Below, piece by piece: positions 39,256 to 52,751 of a stretch of 64,000 nt of DNA (position 1 is its first letter; each line of letters starts with the position of its first letter). Source of the stretch: Octopus sinensis (taxonomy: Eukaryota); assembly GCF_006345805.1 (NCBI RefSeq), contig NC_043003.1, positions 68,944,001 through 69,008,000 of the forward strand, written 5' to 3'. The notes beneath the pieces are model-generated. The model was not told where the DNA came from. It worked only from the letters and a program-made list of their open reading frames with translations, and made no database searches. The translations under genes and the position numbers were made by a program.

Positions 39256-39294
39256 GAATGAATATACACCCGCTCACACATAAACGTATGTATA

Positions 39295-39310
39295 TTATAT
39301 TTATATATAC

Positions 39311-39364
<54 letters not shown>

Positions 39365-39408
39365 TATATACATACATACACCTATATATATATATACCCA
39401 TATGTATG

Positions 39409-39454
<46 letters not shown>

Positions 39455-39457
39455 ATA
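39295..39457. repeat. (TA)n tract
   Basis: Direct reading. Confidence 0.9.
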
Positions 39458-39849
39458 AGAGAGGAAAAATTATAAAAAGGCAGAATGCTAAATTGAATGT
39501 AAATTTTATTAAAAAAGAAACTTTTTAAAATTGAGGAAGGGGAAAAAAAGAAATTTACAATGTTTTTTTTCAAAAAAATAATAAACATATACAAAAATTA
39601 AAAAAAATAAGTATACCGATACATTGTAGAGTCTTTATGTTTTTGGAGTTCAATAATAATCCTTGGAAAAATTTCTTAAGATCCATGTGATTAAACGTGG
39701 TCCTTAGTTTAAGGTGTCTGTTAAATGAATGTCAAAACAGGAAATGTGGAGTTTATGCTCTTCAATTGGGATTATCAATTTTTTGTCAGATAGGATGTTA
39801 GAAAAAAGGAGTATGGTCATCGTGGAGTTTGCATTTTAAGATTCGTTTG

Positions 39850-40140
39850 GAATTTTTCAATAAAAAGATTCTCCTTGTTCATTCTTTCTTGTGTAGTGAT
39901 TCCGTCTTTACATTGCTAGAAACGGAATATGTGATATTAGGATTTTTGTCTCTAGCGCACGAATCTATGTGGCTACTTAGTGGAATTTGACGGTATTCTG
40001 GGGGATTTATCTGTTCTTTATAGACCACTACTCCTTTACGTATAAGAAGGCTTGTGAAAAGTTTCTTTTCACCTTTCAAATCTTGAAAATATGCTTTGCG
40101 AAGAAAACCGGTTAGAGTTATTATTTTGTAATTTCCCATA
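39850..40140 (-). mobile_element. Penelope-like GIY-YIG C-terminal remnant
   Basis: ORF 39879..40139 contains YKEQINPPEYRQIPLSSHIDSCARDKNP, similar to the H.QQI..PEYRQ..S.H...CA tail of Penelope endonucleases. It is embedded between (TA)n tracts. Confidence 0.6.
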
Positions 40141-40249
40141 CATCCATTTTTATTAAATTTACCTTCAATTTAGCATTCTGCCTTTTTATAATTTTTCCTC
40201 TCCTATCATTTCTCCACGTGCGGTCAACACAACCACACCATTTATTGAC

Positions 40250-40254
40250 TTATA

Positions 40255-40307
<53 letters not shown>

Positions 40308-40399
40308 TATATATATATATATTATATATATATATTATATATATATATATATAATATTATATATATATATATATATTATATATATATATAATATATATA

Positions 40400-40484
<85 letters not shown>

Positions 40485-40485
40485 C
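40250..40485. repeat. (TA)n tract
   Basis: Direct reading. Confidence 0.95.
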
Positions 40486-40582
40486 GCAAACAAAAGAAAA
40501 TGGTGAATTATACATGTAACTTATGTAGCAAATATTAACAGGCCAAATTTTCTTATTTTTCCGTCTATTGAAAAACTGATAA

Positions 40583-40630
40583 ACAGCCCCAACCGGTTTT
40601 CGCACCTCATTGGGTTCTCATCAGAAGTGT
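40583..40630 (-). ncRNA. Degenerate hammerhead ribozyme motif (predicted inactive)
   Basis: Minus strand reads CTT-CTGATGA-GAACC...GGTGC-GAAA-ACCGGT-TG-GGG. Helix III is palindromic, but position 17 is G (non-cleavable) and helix I is weak. Confidence 0.5.
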
Positions 40631-41019
40631 CTATATCAATTTGACCAATCCCAGAGGGGTGAGCAGCCAATCTGTTTATATACTCATCATGTTATGTGGC
40701 TACAGAGAAGTGGAGCTATTGATTTGCATATCGCATATGTTTATTATTTAATGAACTTACGTGCATTTCGGTTAGATTGAAATATTCCAAAAATCAGCGA
40801 TGCCGTAATCATGTATATTAATCGATCCCATATTTGATCAACTAAGACTCTACAGAGACGGAGAATTTTAACACTATCCTCCCTTATAGTACACTGTTTG
40901 GAATTGATAGGTTTTAAGGGAGATAGTAAAACTAGCAATAGTTTATCAATATGAATGGTAGCGTAATATGACACATTCTATTATGCTTATGGCAAAATTC
41001 CTACGTAATTTAACCTTTA

Positions 41020-41170
41020 TCCTTTTATTCTTTTATTTGTTTCAGTCATTTGATTGCGACCATGTTGGAGCACCGCCTTTAGTCGAGCAAGTCGACCACA
41101 GAACTTATTCTTTGTAAGCCTAGTACTTATTCCATCGGTCACTCTTGCCGAACCGCTAAGTTACAGACAC
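41020..41170 (-). mobile_element. SINE family A core/tail fragment
   Basis: Matches tttcagtcatttga...gccgaaccgctaagttac. Confidence 0.8.
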
Positions 41171-42202
41171 GATGGAAATGTCATTTGATCAGTATTAAAT
41201 CTAAGTATGAACTATGAGTAAAAGAAGACAGGTTGAGTTAAAAAGAATTCTAAAGAAAAATAATCAATATATGATTCTCTAAGGAAAACATTCTCTTTCA
41301 AACAGCTACTGCAAGATTAAATCCGTACAGTTTAGCATGTAAATGGGCCTCGGTCAATAAAGAGTCGAGACAAGGTGGGACAGCATACTGCAGTTGAAGT
41401 AGAATTGGTAGGATTACTGGTGAGCTGATCGTTATGACGTCAGATATTTGATCCAGATTGCATGCAACACTTTACCCAGCCTTAATTCTTCAAACATGGG
41501 ACTGGAGTGAAAAGCCTTCCAGGCTTCTCTTTGTTCTGAGAAGTTTCTTTCAGCTGTTGCTCAGCAACAAATATGACGCTTTTACTCGAGACCCTTGCTA
41601 CCACAAGCGGTACGGTGTTGCAGCAGGTAACCCCCAGCTATTAAGCCATTAAAGACAAAACTGGAAAGTAAATCATCTCTTTTCTTAAAACTAGATCGAA
41701 GTTTGTTACAGACAATACCTTTCTTGCTTTTCACAGTTCCAGTTGTGAGTCAATCTTGTAAAGTAACCGACGATCCCTGATCACATAATAAAAAGAACAG
41801 TTCCCCAAAGCATGGTAATTTCAGATTCCATCAAACGAGTTATCATAAGGAACTGACAAAGCTCTGAGTAGAACACATGCAGAATGCCCGGATGGGAGGG
41901 CTTTGCTAAATACCAGGAGCTGTTACAGTAGCGCATAAATCGAAGCTGGGTTCATATAGGTATGTATTTATCGTTGTCCTATTTGCTCTGATATTTTCCT
42001 TTAATATATACCTGCTAACTCGGAAGCCTAACACGGATCCCTAGCACCAGTCTCAGCTGTAAACTTGGAAACTAACGGATGACCAATTAAGCACTTATAC
42101 AACGTACCTATTCGTTTAGATCACCAGTGAACTAAACTCCTCATATTATATATATAAACACACTGACACATATATATACACACATATACACACATATATA
42201 TA

Positions 42203-42291
42203 TAAACACTCACAACGCCCGGTCTGGGATTCGAAACCGCGATCCTACGACCGCGAGTCTGTTGCCCTAACCACTGGGCCATTGCGCCTCT
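42203..42291 (-). mobile_element. SINE family C head only
   Basis: A box TGGCCCAGTGG and B box GGTTTCGAATCCC; truncated in TA/CA repeats. Confidence 0.85.
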
Positions 42292-42333
42292 AGATATATA
42301 TATATAGATATATATATATATATCTAGAGGCGC

Positions 42334-42386
<53 letters not shown>

Positions 42387-43269
42387 ATACACACACACAC
42401 ATACACAAAATACAGGAGTTTCTCGGAATCGATCAGCCATATTGCGCTCGTCAGTTGGCTCCTTTATTACGTAATATAAATTATCTTACTTTCGCCAGAA
42501 CAGAGATTCTTCCATCCGGAATAAATGTCAACGATAACTGTCGTCTCTGTTTTGCAATTTGATACATACCAGTAACATTTCTTGTTTATGTTGTTTTTGC
42601 TGCTATCTTATCGTTGATGTTACATTGTCTCGGGCCCATTTCATTCTTCACTTCAGTCGTTACTGCTTATACGTCCGCGCGCGCGTGTGTGTGTATGTGT
42701 GCGCGCAGATGGAAACGTCAGCGAATGTGTGTAGGTCTGCTGGAATACATTAGACGATAGGCGTGGCCACAAAGCCTTTCTGTCTCCACTATATCACCCC
42801 CTCTGTCGCACAATCCTACTGTCTCACACTACTACCCTCTAATCTACAACACAACCAACTGACATCTAATTTGCATACCGAAGTGTATTATGCTGTGCAC
42901 ATATCATCGAAGGGAAGTTTTGCTGATAATGCTGAGGGAGAACCATTTTATCGCCGGTATTGGCACCCTTCATTAATAACCAATGGTATAAAATATACGT
43001 AGATAAATATAAATACATGCATATATAATTGGTTTCCTGCTCAATTTTCATCAAACAGATTCCCCAACACAATATTTGTGAACCCTAGACTGTAGTTGAA
43101 GACACTTTAGCAAGTGTCTTCAACTATCTTATAAGGTATTATTGTAGTTCGAGGTTAATTTGCAGTAAAACTGAATCCCAAGATTCGGTTATGTGAGGCA
43201 AACGTCTCTATCACAGTACAATGCCTGTAATGATAGCATTAAATCATTTTCTCTGCTATAGACACCAAA

Positions 43270-43892
43270 GCCTGATAGTGCCAGTCTATTACATCGATCC
43301 CAGTGTTCGACTGGCACTTATTTTATCGATCCCGAAAGAATGAAAGGCAAATCAGATATCGGCAGGATTTGAACTCAAAGTGTACAGAAAATGACGTTGA
43401 GCATTTTATCCGGCGTGCTAACGATTTGGCCAGCTCACCGCCTTATAACATTCAAAGAACCCTTTCGACTAAAGGCATAATGCCTAAAATTTGGGGCGAT
43501 GGGGCTATTCTATTAGATCGGCCCCAATATGTAACTGATACCTAATTTATCGACCCCCAAAAGGATGAAAGGAAAAGTCGACCTTGGTTGAATTTGAACT
43601 CCGAACGTAGCGACGGGCGAAATACTGCTAAGCATTTGGTCCAACGTCCTAACGATTCTGCCAGCTCACCACCATTCAAATAGTCTTTTCTACTCTAGAC
43701 ACAAGGCCCGAAATTTGGGGGGAGGGGGCCAGTCGATTAGATCGAACCCAATACGCAACTGGTACTTAATTTATGGACCCCGAAAGGATGAAAGATAAAG
43801 TCGATCTCGGCTGAATTTGAACTCAGAACGTAAAGACAGACGAAATATGCTAAGCATTTCGTCCAGTGTGCTAACGATTCTGCCAGCTCGCT
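43270..43892 (-). mobile_element. Three head-to-tail SINE family D copies
   Basis: tt(t)at(c/g)ga(t/c)cc..aaa(g/a)gatgaaag and taacgattct/tggccagctc each recur three times at about 200-bp spacing. Confidence 0.8.
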
Positions 43893-44419
43893 ATCTTCAT
43901 ATAAAATTCAAATAATACAAATAAGCTGTTTTTCATTACCAGTGGCCTAGCGTGTCAAAAATGGAAATTTCTAATATTTATGATTACCCTTTGATATTAA
44001 TTATTGAAAAGCCGGCATGTTTTATTTACTGCCGAAAAGGAGCTGCGCTTGCGTGGTAGATCTGAAAAATTAGAATGTATAAGCACGGGGCATATAGTGG
44101 ATTGCCTCGTGTATATATATTTAATCTAAGGTGTACCTGCTGAAGAAGACTTCACTTAGCAAATTATTTTATTTGCTAAAAAAATGTCTGAAACCATCGG
44201 TCCACTAGTTAGATGGTAGATGTTTTTATTTTTCATTCCCTTCAAAATTTTATCCTTAATAGTGGTTTGGAATTTAACTGTTCTCTCTAGCGTGATGGAT
44301 GGCTCTTATGTGTTTAAATGTACACTGTATTTATATGAATAATATATAATCTGTTGACTAAATTCTTACACGCTAGGCCACTGGTAATGGAAATTTTAAA
44401 TATTTCTGATTACCCTTTG

Positions 44420-44577
<158 letters not shown>

Positions 44578-44725
44578 GAAATATTGCATATATATCATGA
44601 TGCCTAAAAAAATGGGTTTACAACTTCAATATCCATATATATCTTGCATCTATTTTCTTCCTCCACCTCACTATCTATTTTGTATCACATCTAAACTAAC
44701 TATGACTTAACTATCGTCTCACACC

Positions 44726-44777
44726 GTCTCCGATGAAAGGATATTATTAATAAATATCCTAGAAACAGCTGTAAGAC
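44726..44777 (+). ncRNA. Degenerate hammerhead ribozyme motif
   Basis: Reads GTCT-CCGATGA-A-AGGATATT(attaata)AATATCCT-A-GAAA-CAGCTG-TA-AGAC. Helices I and II pair, but U4 is changed to C and 10.1/11.1 is an A-A mismatch. Confidence 0.7.
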
Positions 44778-45829
44778 CTTCTATCTATAAACGCTCTAAT
44801 ATCTACACAGCCTTGGTTTTTTATCTTATTACGCAAAAAATTCTTATATGTATACATATATATATATATGTGTGTGTGTGTGTGTATAGATAAAGATATG
44901 GACGTAGATATAGATATGTATGTAAGTATGTATGTATGTATATATATATATTATATATATATATATATATAATATATTATATATATATATGTATGTATGT
45001 ATGTATATATACAAGCACGCACACAGATGTATGAATATGCATGTGTATATGCACGCATAATACATCTAAGAGCGTATATATATATATATATATATATGCA
45101 CACATAACTCATGACATTCAGAAGAAACTAGAACAATACATACATACATGCATACATACATACATACCCGATTCGCGTATTACTTTTATTATTTTTATAC
45201 CTAAATTCGATTACGTTATAATTTCACCAGAAAAATCGATATCTCCACTCCTTATACGGATTTACGTCCGTATATTTATCATAACGGAACAGTAACATTC
45301 CCACATCACCTCGCACTGCATCATTTAGCACCGCGCCGCATCATTCTGAGAGATAGAACACATCCCCGCGCCCTTTCCCACTGCCCATCCTCGTTTTCTT
45401 TTGTTTTTGTTCAATTGGCCCAATAAGTTTCCGATTCCGCTTCAAACAATATAACTTCAGAGAATCCAATTAGATTGTTCGGAAGTGACCGACATACCAG
45501 TCTGTAATTAGGCAGAGCTGCAGACATTCCTACAGTAGTTTCGGTTCGAGTCGAAAGTAGAGGTTAAGAACAACCTTGAAACAACTCTAATGAGATAGCA
45601 CCGGATGTACGAACTTCAACGTACATTGTTATATATGTATTATGCAAATACATTCAGTCGCAGAATCGAATCGAACAAACGTACACACACATACACACAG
45701 ACATATTGACACACGCACACAGACACACACGCATATGCATATTTATATTTCATATGTTGAGCAAAGCAAATATACTTGTTCACTGACATATTACTTCGTG
45801 AAAAAACAGTAGATTATCAATGAATGTGT

Positions 45830-46502
45830 GTATATATATGTATGTATATATGTATGTATGCATGTATGTATATATGCATGTATGTATGTATATGTGTATA
45901 TATGCATATATATATTTATACATATATATACATATATATATATGTATAAATATATGTATATGTATATATGCATATATATATATACACATATATGTGTGTG
46001 TATGCATATGTATATGTATATGAACGTATACGCATATGTATCAATATAAATATGTTAATGTATATACATATAGATGTATATACTTGTGTCCATGTATGCA
46101 ATAAAATACATATTTATATGTATATATAATAAACACATATATGTATATACACATACATGCACATACAATATATTTACGGTGAGAGAGAGAGAGAAAGAGA
46201 GATTAAGGGTAAGTGAGAGACAAATGAAGAGGGATGGAATTAAAGATACATTCGACATCTATTAATTGCTTATGTAAATATATTCATGTACGAGTGTGTG
46301 TGTGTGAGTGTATTACCATACATTCGATACGTGCTTACATATATTGTATATATTTAGGAGCACACATATAAATATGTAAATGATGTACAATACACATATA
46401 TGTTTACATAAGTGAGGTTATCCTATTATACACACGAAATCGATATGCTTAGTATATGCGTGTAAAGAAATATCCATTTGTATATACATATAGGTATGTA
46501 TG

Positions 46503-46559
<57 letters not shown>

Positions 46560-46715
46560 TATATTTATATATACATACATATATATATAATATACATAAA
46601 TACATGCATACAAATGAGTGAAGATATATGCATATATATATATATATATATATATATGCATGTCTGTTCATGTATGAGTGTATATATTAATATATGTGTG
46701 TGTGTGTGTGTGTAA
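45830..46715. repeat. TA/TATG/TG low-complexity region
   Basis: Direct reading. Confidence 0.85.
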
Positions 46716-47499
46716 ACTGACAGGATAAAAACTGTGTTAGTACAGTTTACAGCTGTATGTTGTTTTGTGTAACATGTTCTTACCTTCTTCAGCGAATTAA
46801 ATTATGGTTGCATATGCGCACGTGTGTGTATGTGTCTGTGTGTGTGAATGTGTTTGTGTGTGTGTTTGTGTGTGTGGGCCTGTTTGTGTGTGTATGTGTA
46901 TGCGAGTGTATTTGAGTATATATGAGTGCGTATGTGTGTGCACGATTATATAATAAACTGTAACATTTTTACTTTGATTGCGTATAAACACTTCTAATGA
47001 GTATCAAAATAATTGCTCATTATTCATGTTGTCTTTATTGCACATCCTTAAACACATTTACATATTCAAGACACACTGCATTCATATATATGAGTGTGTG
47101 CATATATCTATACACATGAACATATGCATACACATACACTTATATACATATATATATAAATATATATATATATATACAAAATTAGAAAATGGAGAAACAT
47201 ACTTAAATCAATCAAACATCAACCATCAGATGATACCCAATCAATACTTTATTACTGATTGATTGGGTATCATCTGATGGTTGATGTTTGATTAATTTAA
47301 GTATGTTTCTCCATTTTCTAATTTTGTATTATTAATTTACTGTAATATTTTTACCCTTGCCCACATAATACAGTAGATGAATTAATTGCATGGCAATTTT
47401 TAACATTTATGTATTAGTCTTGTTGGGTACATCTCTATCAGTATATTGGATATATGTTATCCCATGGTGGGTTGAATTTTCAACCCCTATCTCATTTTA

Positions 47500-47578
<79 letters not shown>

Positions 47579-47884
47579 GAGTATGAGTGTGAGTGTGTGT
47601 GTGTGCGCGCGTTTGTGTGTGCATGTATGAATCTACAAACTAACATCTATACTTTAATGGTCCCGTACGACTTTGTAGTACGTGGATGTATTATAATCCG
47701 TTGACAAAGTATAAGTCCTGGAGTCGATTTGGTCGACTAAATGCGGTTCTCCAGCATGGCCGCAGTCAGATTACGGAAACAAAAGAATAAAATCAATATA
47801 TAAATATATATATGTATACATATATTTATATATATATATATACCTATACATATATACTCACACATATATATATAAATATATATA

Positions 47885-47920
<36 letters not shown>

Positions 47921-47945
47921 CATATACATACATATATATACATTT

Positions 47946-48004
<59 letters not shown>

Positions 48005-48006
<2 letters not shown>

Positions 48007-48216
48007 GTATACTCTTTACTCTTTTACTTGTTCCAGTCAGTTGACTGCGGCCATGCTTCAGCACCGCCTTTAGTCGAGCAACTCGACCCCGGGACTTATT
48101 CTTTGTAAGCCCAGTACTTATCTTATCGGTCTCTTTGCCGAACCGCTAAGTGACGGGGACATAAACACACCATCATCGGTTGTCAAGCAATGCTAGGGGT
48201 ACAAACACACACACAA

Positions 48217-48293
<77 letters not shown>

Positions 48294-48458
48294 TACGACG
48301 GGCTTCTTTCAGTTTCCGTGTACCAAATCCACTTACAAGGCTTTGGTCGGCCTGAGGCTATAGTAGAAGACACTTGCCCAAGGTGCCACGCAGTGGGACT
48401 GAACCCGGAACCATGTGGTTGGTAATCAAGCTACTTACCACACAGCCACTCCTGCGCC
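48005..48458 (-). mobile_element. Full-length tRNA-derived SINE, family A (head - internal (TA)n(TG)n - core - AAAGAGT tail)
   Basis: Minus strand has A box TGGCTGTGTGG and B box GGTTCAGTCCC, an internal microsatellite, a conserved core and a tail. A duplicate lies at 49715-50163. Confidence 0.9.
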
Positions 48459-48509
48459 TATATGTATATACGTATATATATGTTTGTATATATGGATATA
48501 TATATATAC

Positions 48510-48573
<64 letters not shown>

Positions 48574-48574
48574 C

Positions 48575-48609
<35 letters not shown>

Positions 48610-48703
48610 TTCATGTGTGTGTGTTTGTGTCTGTGTTTGTGTGCATTTACAGATGCATTTATATACATATACATATGTATATATGTATGTATATATATAT
48701 ATT

Positions 48704-48765
<62 letters not shown>

Positions 48766-48786
48766 ATTTATGTATATATATATAAA

Positions 48787-48822
<36 letters not shown>

Positions 48823-49192
48823 TGTATGTGTGTATGTATGTGTGTATGTATGTATGTATGCAACTAATCAGACTATGCATAGAATACCCACACATATTCT
48901 TTATTCTCGCATAATACTTTAATACTAGCTGCAACGCCTGAATATATGAATAAATTTACGAGTGCCAAATATATAGATTTTGTGAACGCAAAAACTTTTA
49001 ATATCCAAAACAGCCATTAATTTATTCTTTGCTGTAACAAAATGTCTCCCCACCCAGCCTTTCCCATAGGTAAAAGCAAACACGCACACGTACATGTGTA
49101 AAGTTATATAGACACATATATAAATAAATGTATGTGTTCGTGTATGTATATATACATATATGTTATACATAAGTATATATGTATATATATGT

Positions 49193-49230
<38 letters not shown>

Positions 49231-49586
49231 TATATATGTGTGTGTGGTGTGTGTGTGTGTGTGTGGTGTGTGTGTGTGTGCGTGTGAGTATGAGTGTGAG
49301 TGTGTGTGTGTGCGCGCGTTTGTGTGTGCATGTATGAATCTACAAACTAACATCTATACTTTAATGGTCCCGTACGACTTTGTAGTACGTGGATGTATTA
49401 TAATCCGTTGACAAAGTATAAGTCCTGGAGTCGATTGGTCGACTAAATGCGGTTCTCCAGCATGGCCGCAGTCAGATTACGGAAACAAAAGAATAAAATC
49501 AATATATAAATATATATATGTATACATATTTATATATATATATACCTATACATATATACTCACACATATATATATAAATATATATA

Positions 49587-49622
<36 letters not shown>

Positions 49623-49714
49623 CATATACATACATATAGATACATTTATATATATATATATATATATAATATATATATATATATAATATATATATATATG
49701 TATATATATGTATA

Positions 49715-49919
49715 CTCTTTACTCTTTTACTTGTTCCAGTCAGTTGACTGCGGCCATGCTTCAGCACCGCCTTTAGTCGAGCAACTCGACCCCGGGACTT
49801 ATTCTTTGTAAGCCCAGTACTTATCTTATCGGTCTCTTTGCCGAACCGCTAAGTGACGGGGACATAAACACACCATCATCGGTTGTCAAGCAATGCTAGG
49901 GGTACAAACACACACACAA

Positions 49920-49998
<79 letters not shown>

Positions 49999-50163
49999 TA
50001 CGACGGGCTTCTTTCAGTTTCCGTGTACCAAATCCACTTACAAGGCTTTGGTCGGCCTGAGGCTATAGTAGAAGACACTTGCCCAAGGTGCCACGCAGTG
50101 GGACTGAACCCGGAACCATGTGGTTGGTAATCAAGCTACTTACCACACAGCCACTCCTGCGCC
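49715..50163 (-). mobile_element. SINE family A, full length (in tandem duplication)
   Basis: Essentially identical to 48005-48458 outside the microsatellite. Confidence 0.9.
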
Positions 50164-50200
50164 TATATGTATATACGTATATATATGTTTGTATATATGG

Positions 50201-50318
<118 letters not shown>

Positions 50319-50391
50319 TTCATGTGTGTGTTTGTGTCTGTGTTTGTGTGCATTACAGATGCATTTATATACATATACATATGTATATATG

Positions 50392-50469
<78 letters not shown>

Positions 50470-50490
50470 TTATTTATGTATATATATAAA

Positions 50491-50526
<36 letters not shown>

Positions 50527-50923
50527 TGTATGTGTGTATGTATGTGTGTATGTATGTATGTATGCAACTAATCAGACTATGCATAGAATACCCACACATA
50601 TTCTTTATTCTCGCATAATACTTTAATACTAGCTGCAACGCCTGAATATATGAATAAATTTACGAGTGCCAAATATATAGATTTTGTGAACGCAAAAACT
50701 TTTAATATCCAAAACAGCCATTAATTTATTCTTTGCTGTAACAAAATGTCTCCCCACCCAGCCTTTCCCATAGGTAAAAGCAAACACGCACACGTACATG
50801 TGTAAAGTTATATAGACACATATATAAATAAATGTATGTGTTCGTGTATGTATATATACATATATGTTATACATAAGTATATATGTATATATATGTATAC
50901 ATATATATAATATATATATATAT

Positions 50924-50960
<37 letters not shown>

Positions 50961-51040
50961 ATAGATATGTTATATCTAGACATATATGTTATACATAAGT
51001 ATATATGTATATATATGTATACATATATATAATATATATA

Positions 51041-51103
<63 letters not shown>

Positions 51104-51109
51104 TATATG

Positions 51110-51148
<39 letters not shown>

Positions 51149-51753
51149 CATTCATGTGTGTGTTTGTGTCTGTGTTTGTGTGCTCCCTCCTCCATTATTT
51201 TCTCTCTTTTCTTCTATTCCCTTCTCTATTCTTGGCCGATCTAGTAAGCCCTTCAGCCTTTAAGAGTTAAATAGCTACAGCCTCTTGTGAATAGCAGTAA
51301 TTTGATTAATGTGGCAAACACCTAATCATATAACAAGGATTGATACCTACCTCATTGTGTTCAACCATTGTAAAATTTATCGCCTGTGAATATGAAATTC
51401 ATCTCCATTTCTCTGGAAATTTACATCTACACCATTGGAATCTGTGCATATATACAAAGGATTAATTCACCCTCTCTGTAATGCTAATAAGCAGGAATTG
51501 AGACCCACCTCGTTGTAATTAACAATGGATAAATTTGTCTTCTGTGAGTATATAATCCCTCATCATATCTATGGAAATTCATATGGATTAGGTCACCTTC
51601 TCTGTGATGCTATCAAAACTTTTTTAAAATTCTGTGATAAGACTGTACATCATCTTTAAAGAACTTTAATGAACTTTAGAAATCTGTTTAATTATCTACA
51701 TTACTTCATGAGTATAGCCTCAAACACTAAGATGTCTAGGGAACTTACATGTA

Positions 51754-51844
51754 TTTTAGCTGATGAGTACGGGACTCGTTTATATGCTGTAATCTTTGCA
51801 ACTTTTAATAAAACCTGTCCTTGTATGAAACGATCGTACTAAAA
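51754..51844 (+). ncRNA. Type I hammerhead ribozyme motif, intact core, palindromic helix III
   Basis: Reads TTTTAG-CTGATGA-GTACGGGAC...GTCCTTGTAT-GAAA-CGATCG-TA-CTAAAA. Helix I is a perfect 6 bp, helix II is GTAC/GTAT plus GGAC/GTCC, and the cleavage triplet is GUA (after 51838). A (TA)n tract starts about 30 nt downstream. Confidence 0.82.
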
Positions 51845-51874
51845 ACCTATCCATTCTTGTTGCTTCTTTCTCGC

Positions 51875-51877
<3 letters not shown>

Positions 51878-51905
<28 letters not shown>

Positions 51906-52026
51906 TATAGATATATTATGTATGTATAATATTTCAAGTATGTATGCTCGGGGGTATGTACATAAGTGTACTTACTTTAATATACTGATATATATGTTAA
52001 TGTATGTAGATAGATTGATAGAGATG

Positions 52027-52067
<41 letters not shown>

Positions 52068-52096
52068 GAAGAGAGAGAGGAGAGGGAGACTGGCTA

Positions 52097-52129
<33 letters not shown>

Positions 52130-52154
52130 TAGGTAGATAGATAGATAGAGAAAG

Positions 52155-52253
<99 letters not shown>

Positions 52254-52260
52254 TAGATAT
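51878..52260. repeat. (TA)n(GA)n(GACA)n(GATA)n compound microsatellite
   Basis: Direct reading. Confidence 0.9.
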
Positions 52261-52685
52261 ATCCCTTTATTTGTTAATATGACAATAAGTCATACATTTA
52301 CAAATGACAGTGTATTTGATGTCAGACGTAAATATTTACGAACTAGAAAGGGCTCTTTTTTTTCTCTTTAGTTTCTTTATTTCTGTATTTGCGACATTAC
52401 ACATGAAACTATTATAGTCAGGAACTTTTTTTGTAAACGCAACAACCAATTAGGCGATATTTCTTCGAAATATCAACATTTACCGTTGCAATGATGTATC
52501 AGAATGTCTATATATACATATATATATTGAAATATAGCTCGGTTCTTTAATGTTCTATCGGTTTCTAATATCATTTATCTTCATTTCGCAAGAAACTTCA
52601 ACAAAGCAGAAATAGGTATTTTATGTTTTATGCGACTTGAAGTGTCTATAATCTATTAATATATGTATATATATGTATGTGTACG

Positions 52686-52751
<66 letters not shown>

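Noticed and set aside
42203-42291. tRNA gene
   Set aside because: A/B boxes are present, but the same head continues into a SINE body at 16165-16452 and no clean acceptor stem was seen.
42408-42458. Minus-strand CTGACGA...GAAA-CTCCTG-TA hammerhead-like spacing next to a microsatellite
   Set aside because: Helix I has only 2 bp, helix II is unpaired and helix III is not palindromic. It could be a very old copy but is not supportable.
46745-46795. Minus-strand CTGAAGA...CAGCTG-TA
   Set aside because: The GAAA core is absent before the palindrome.
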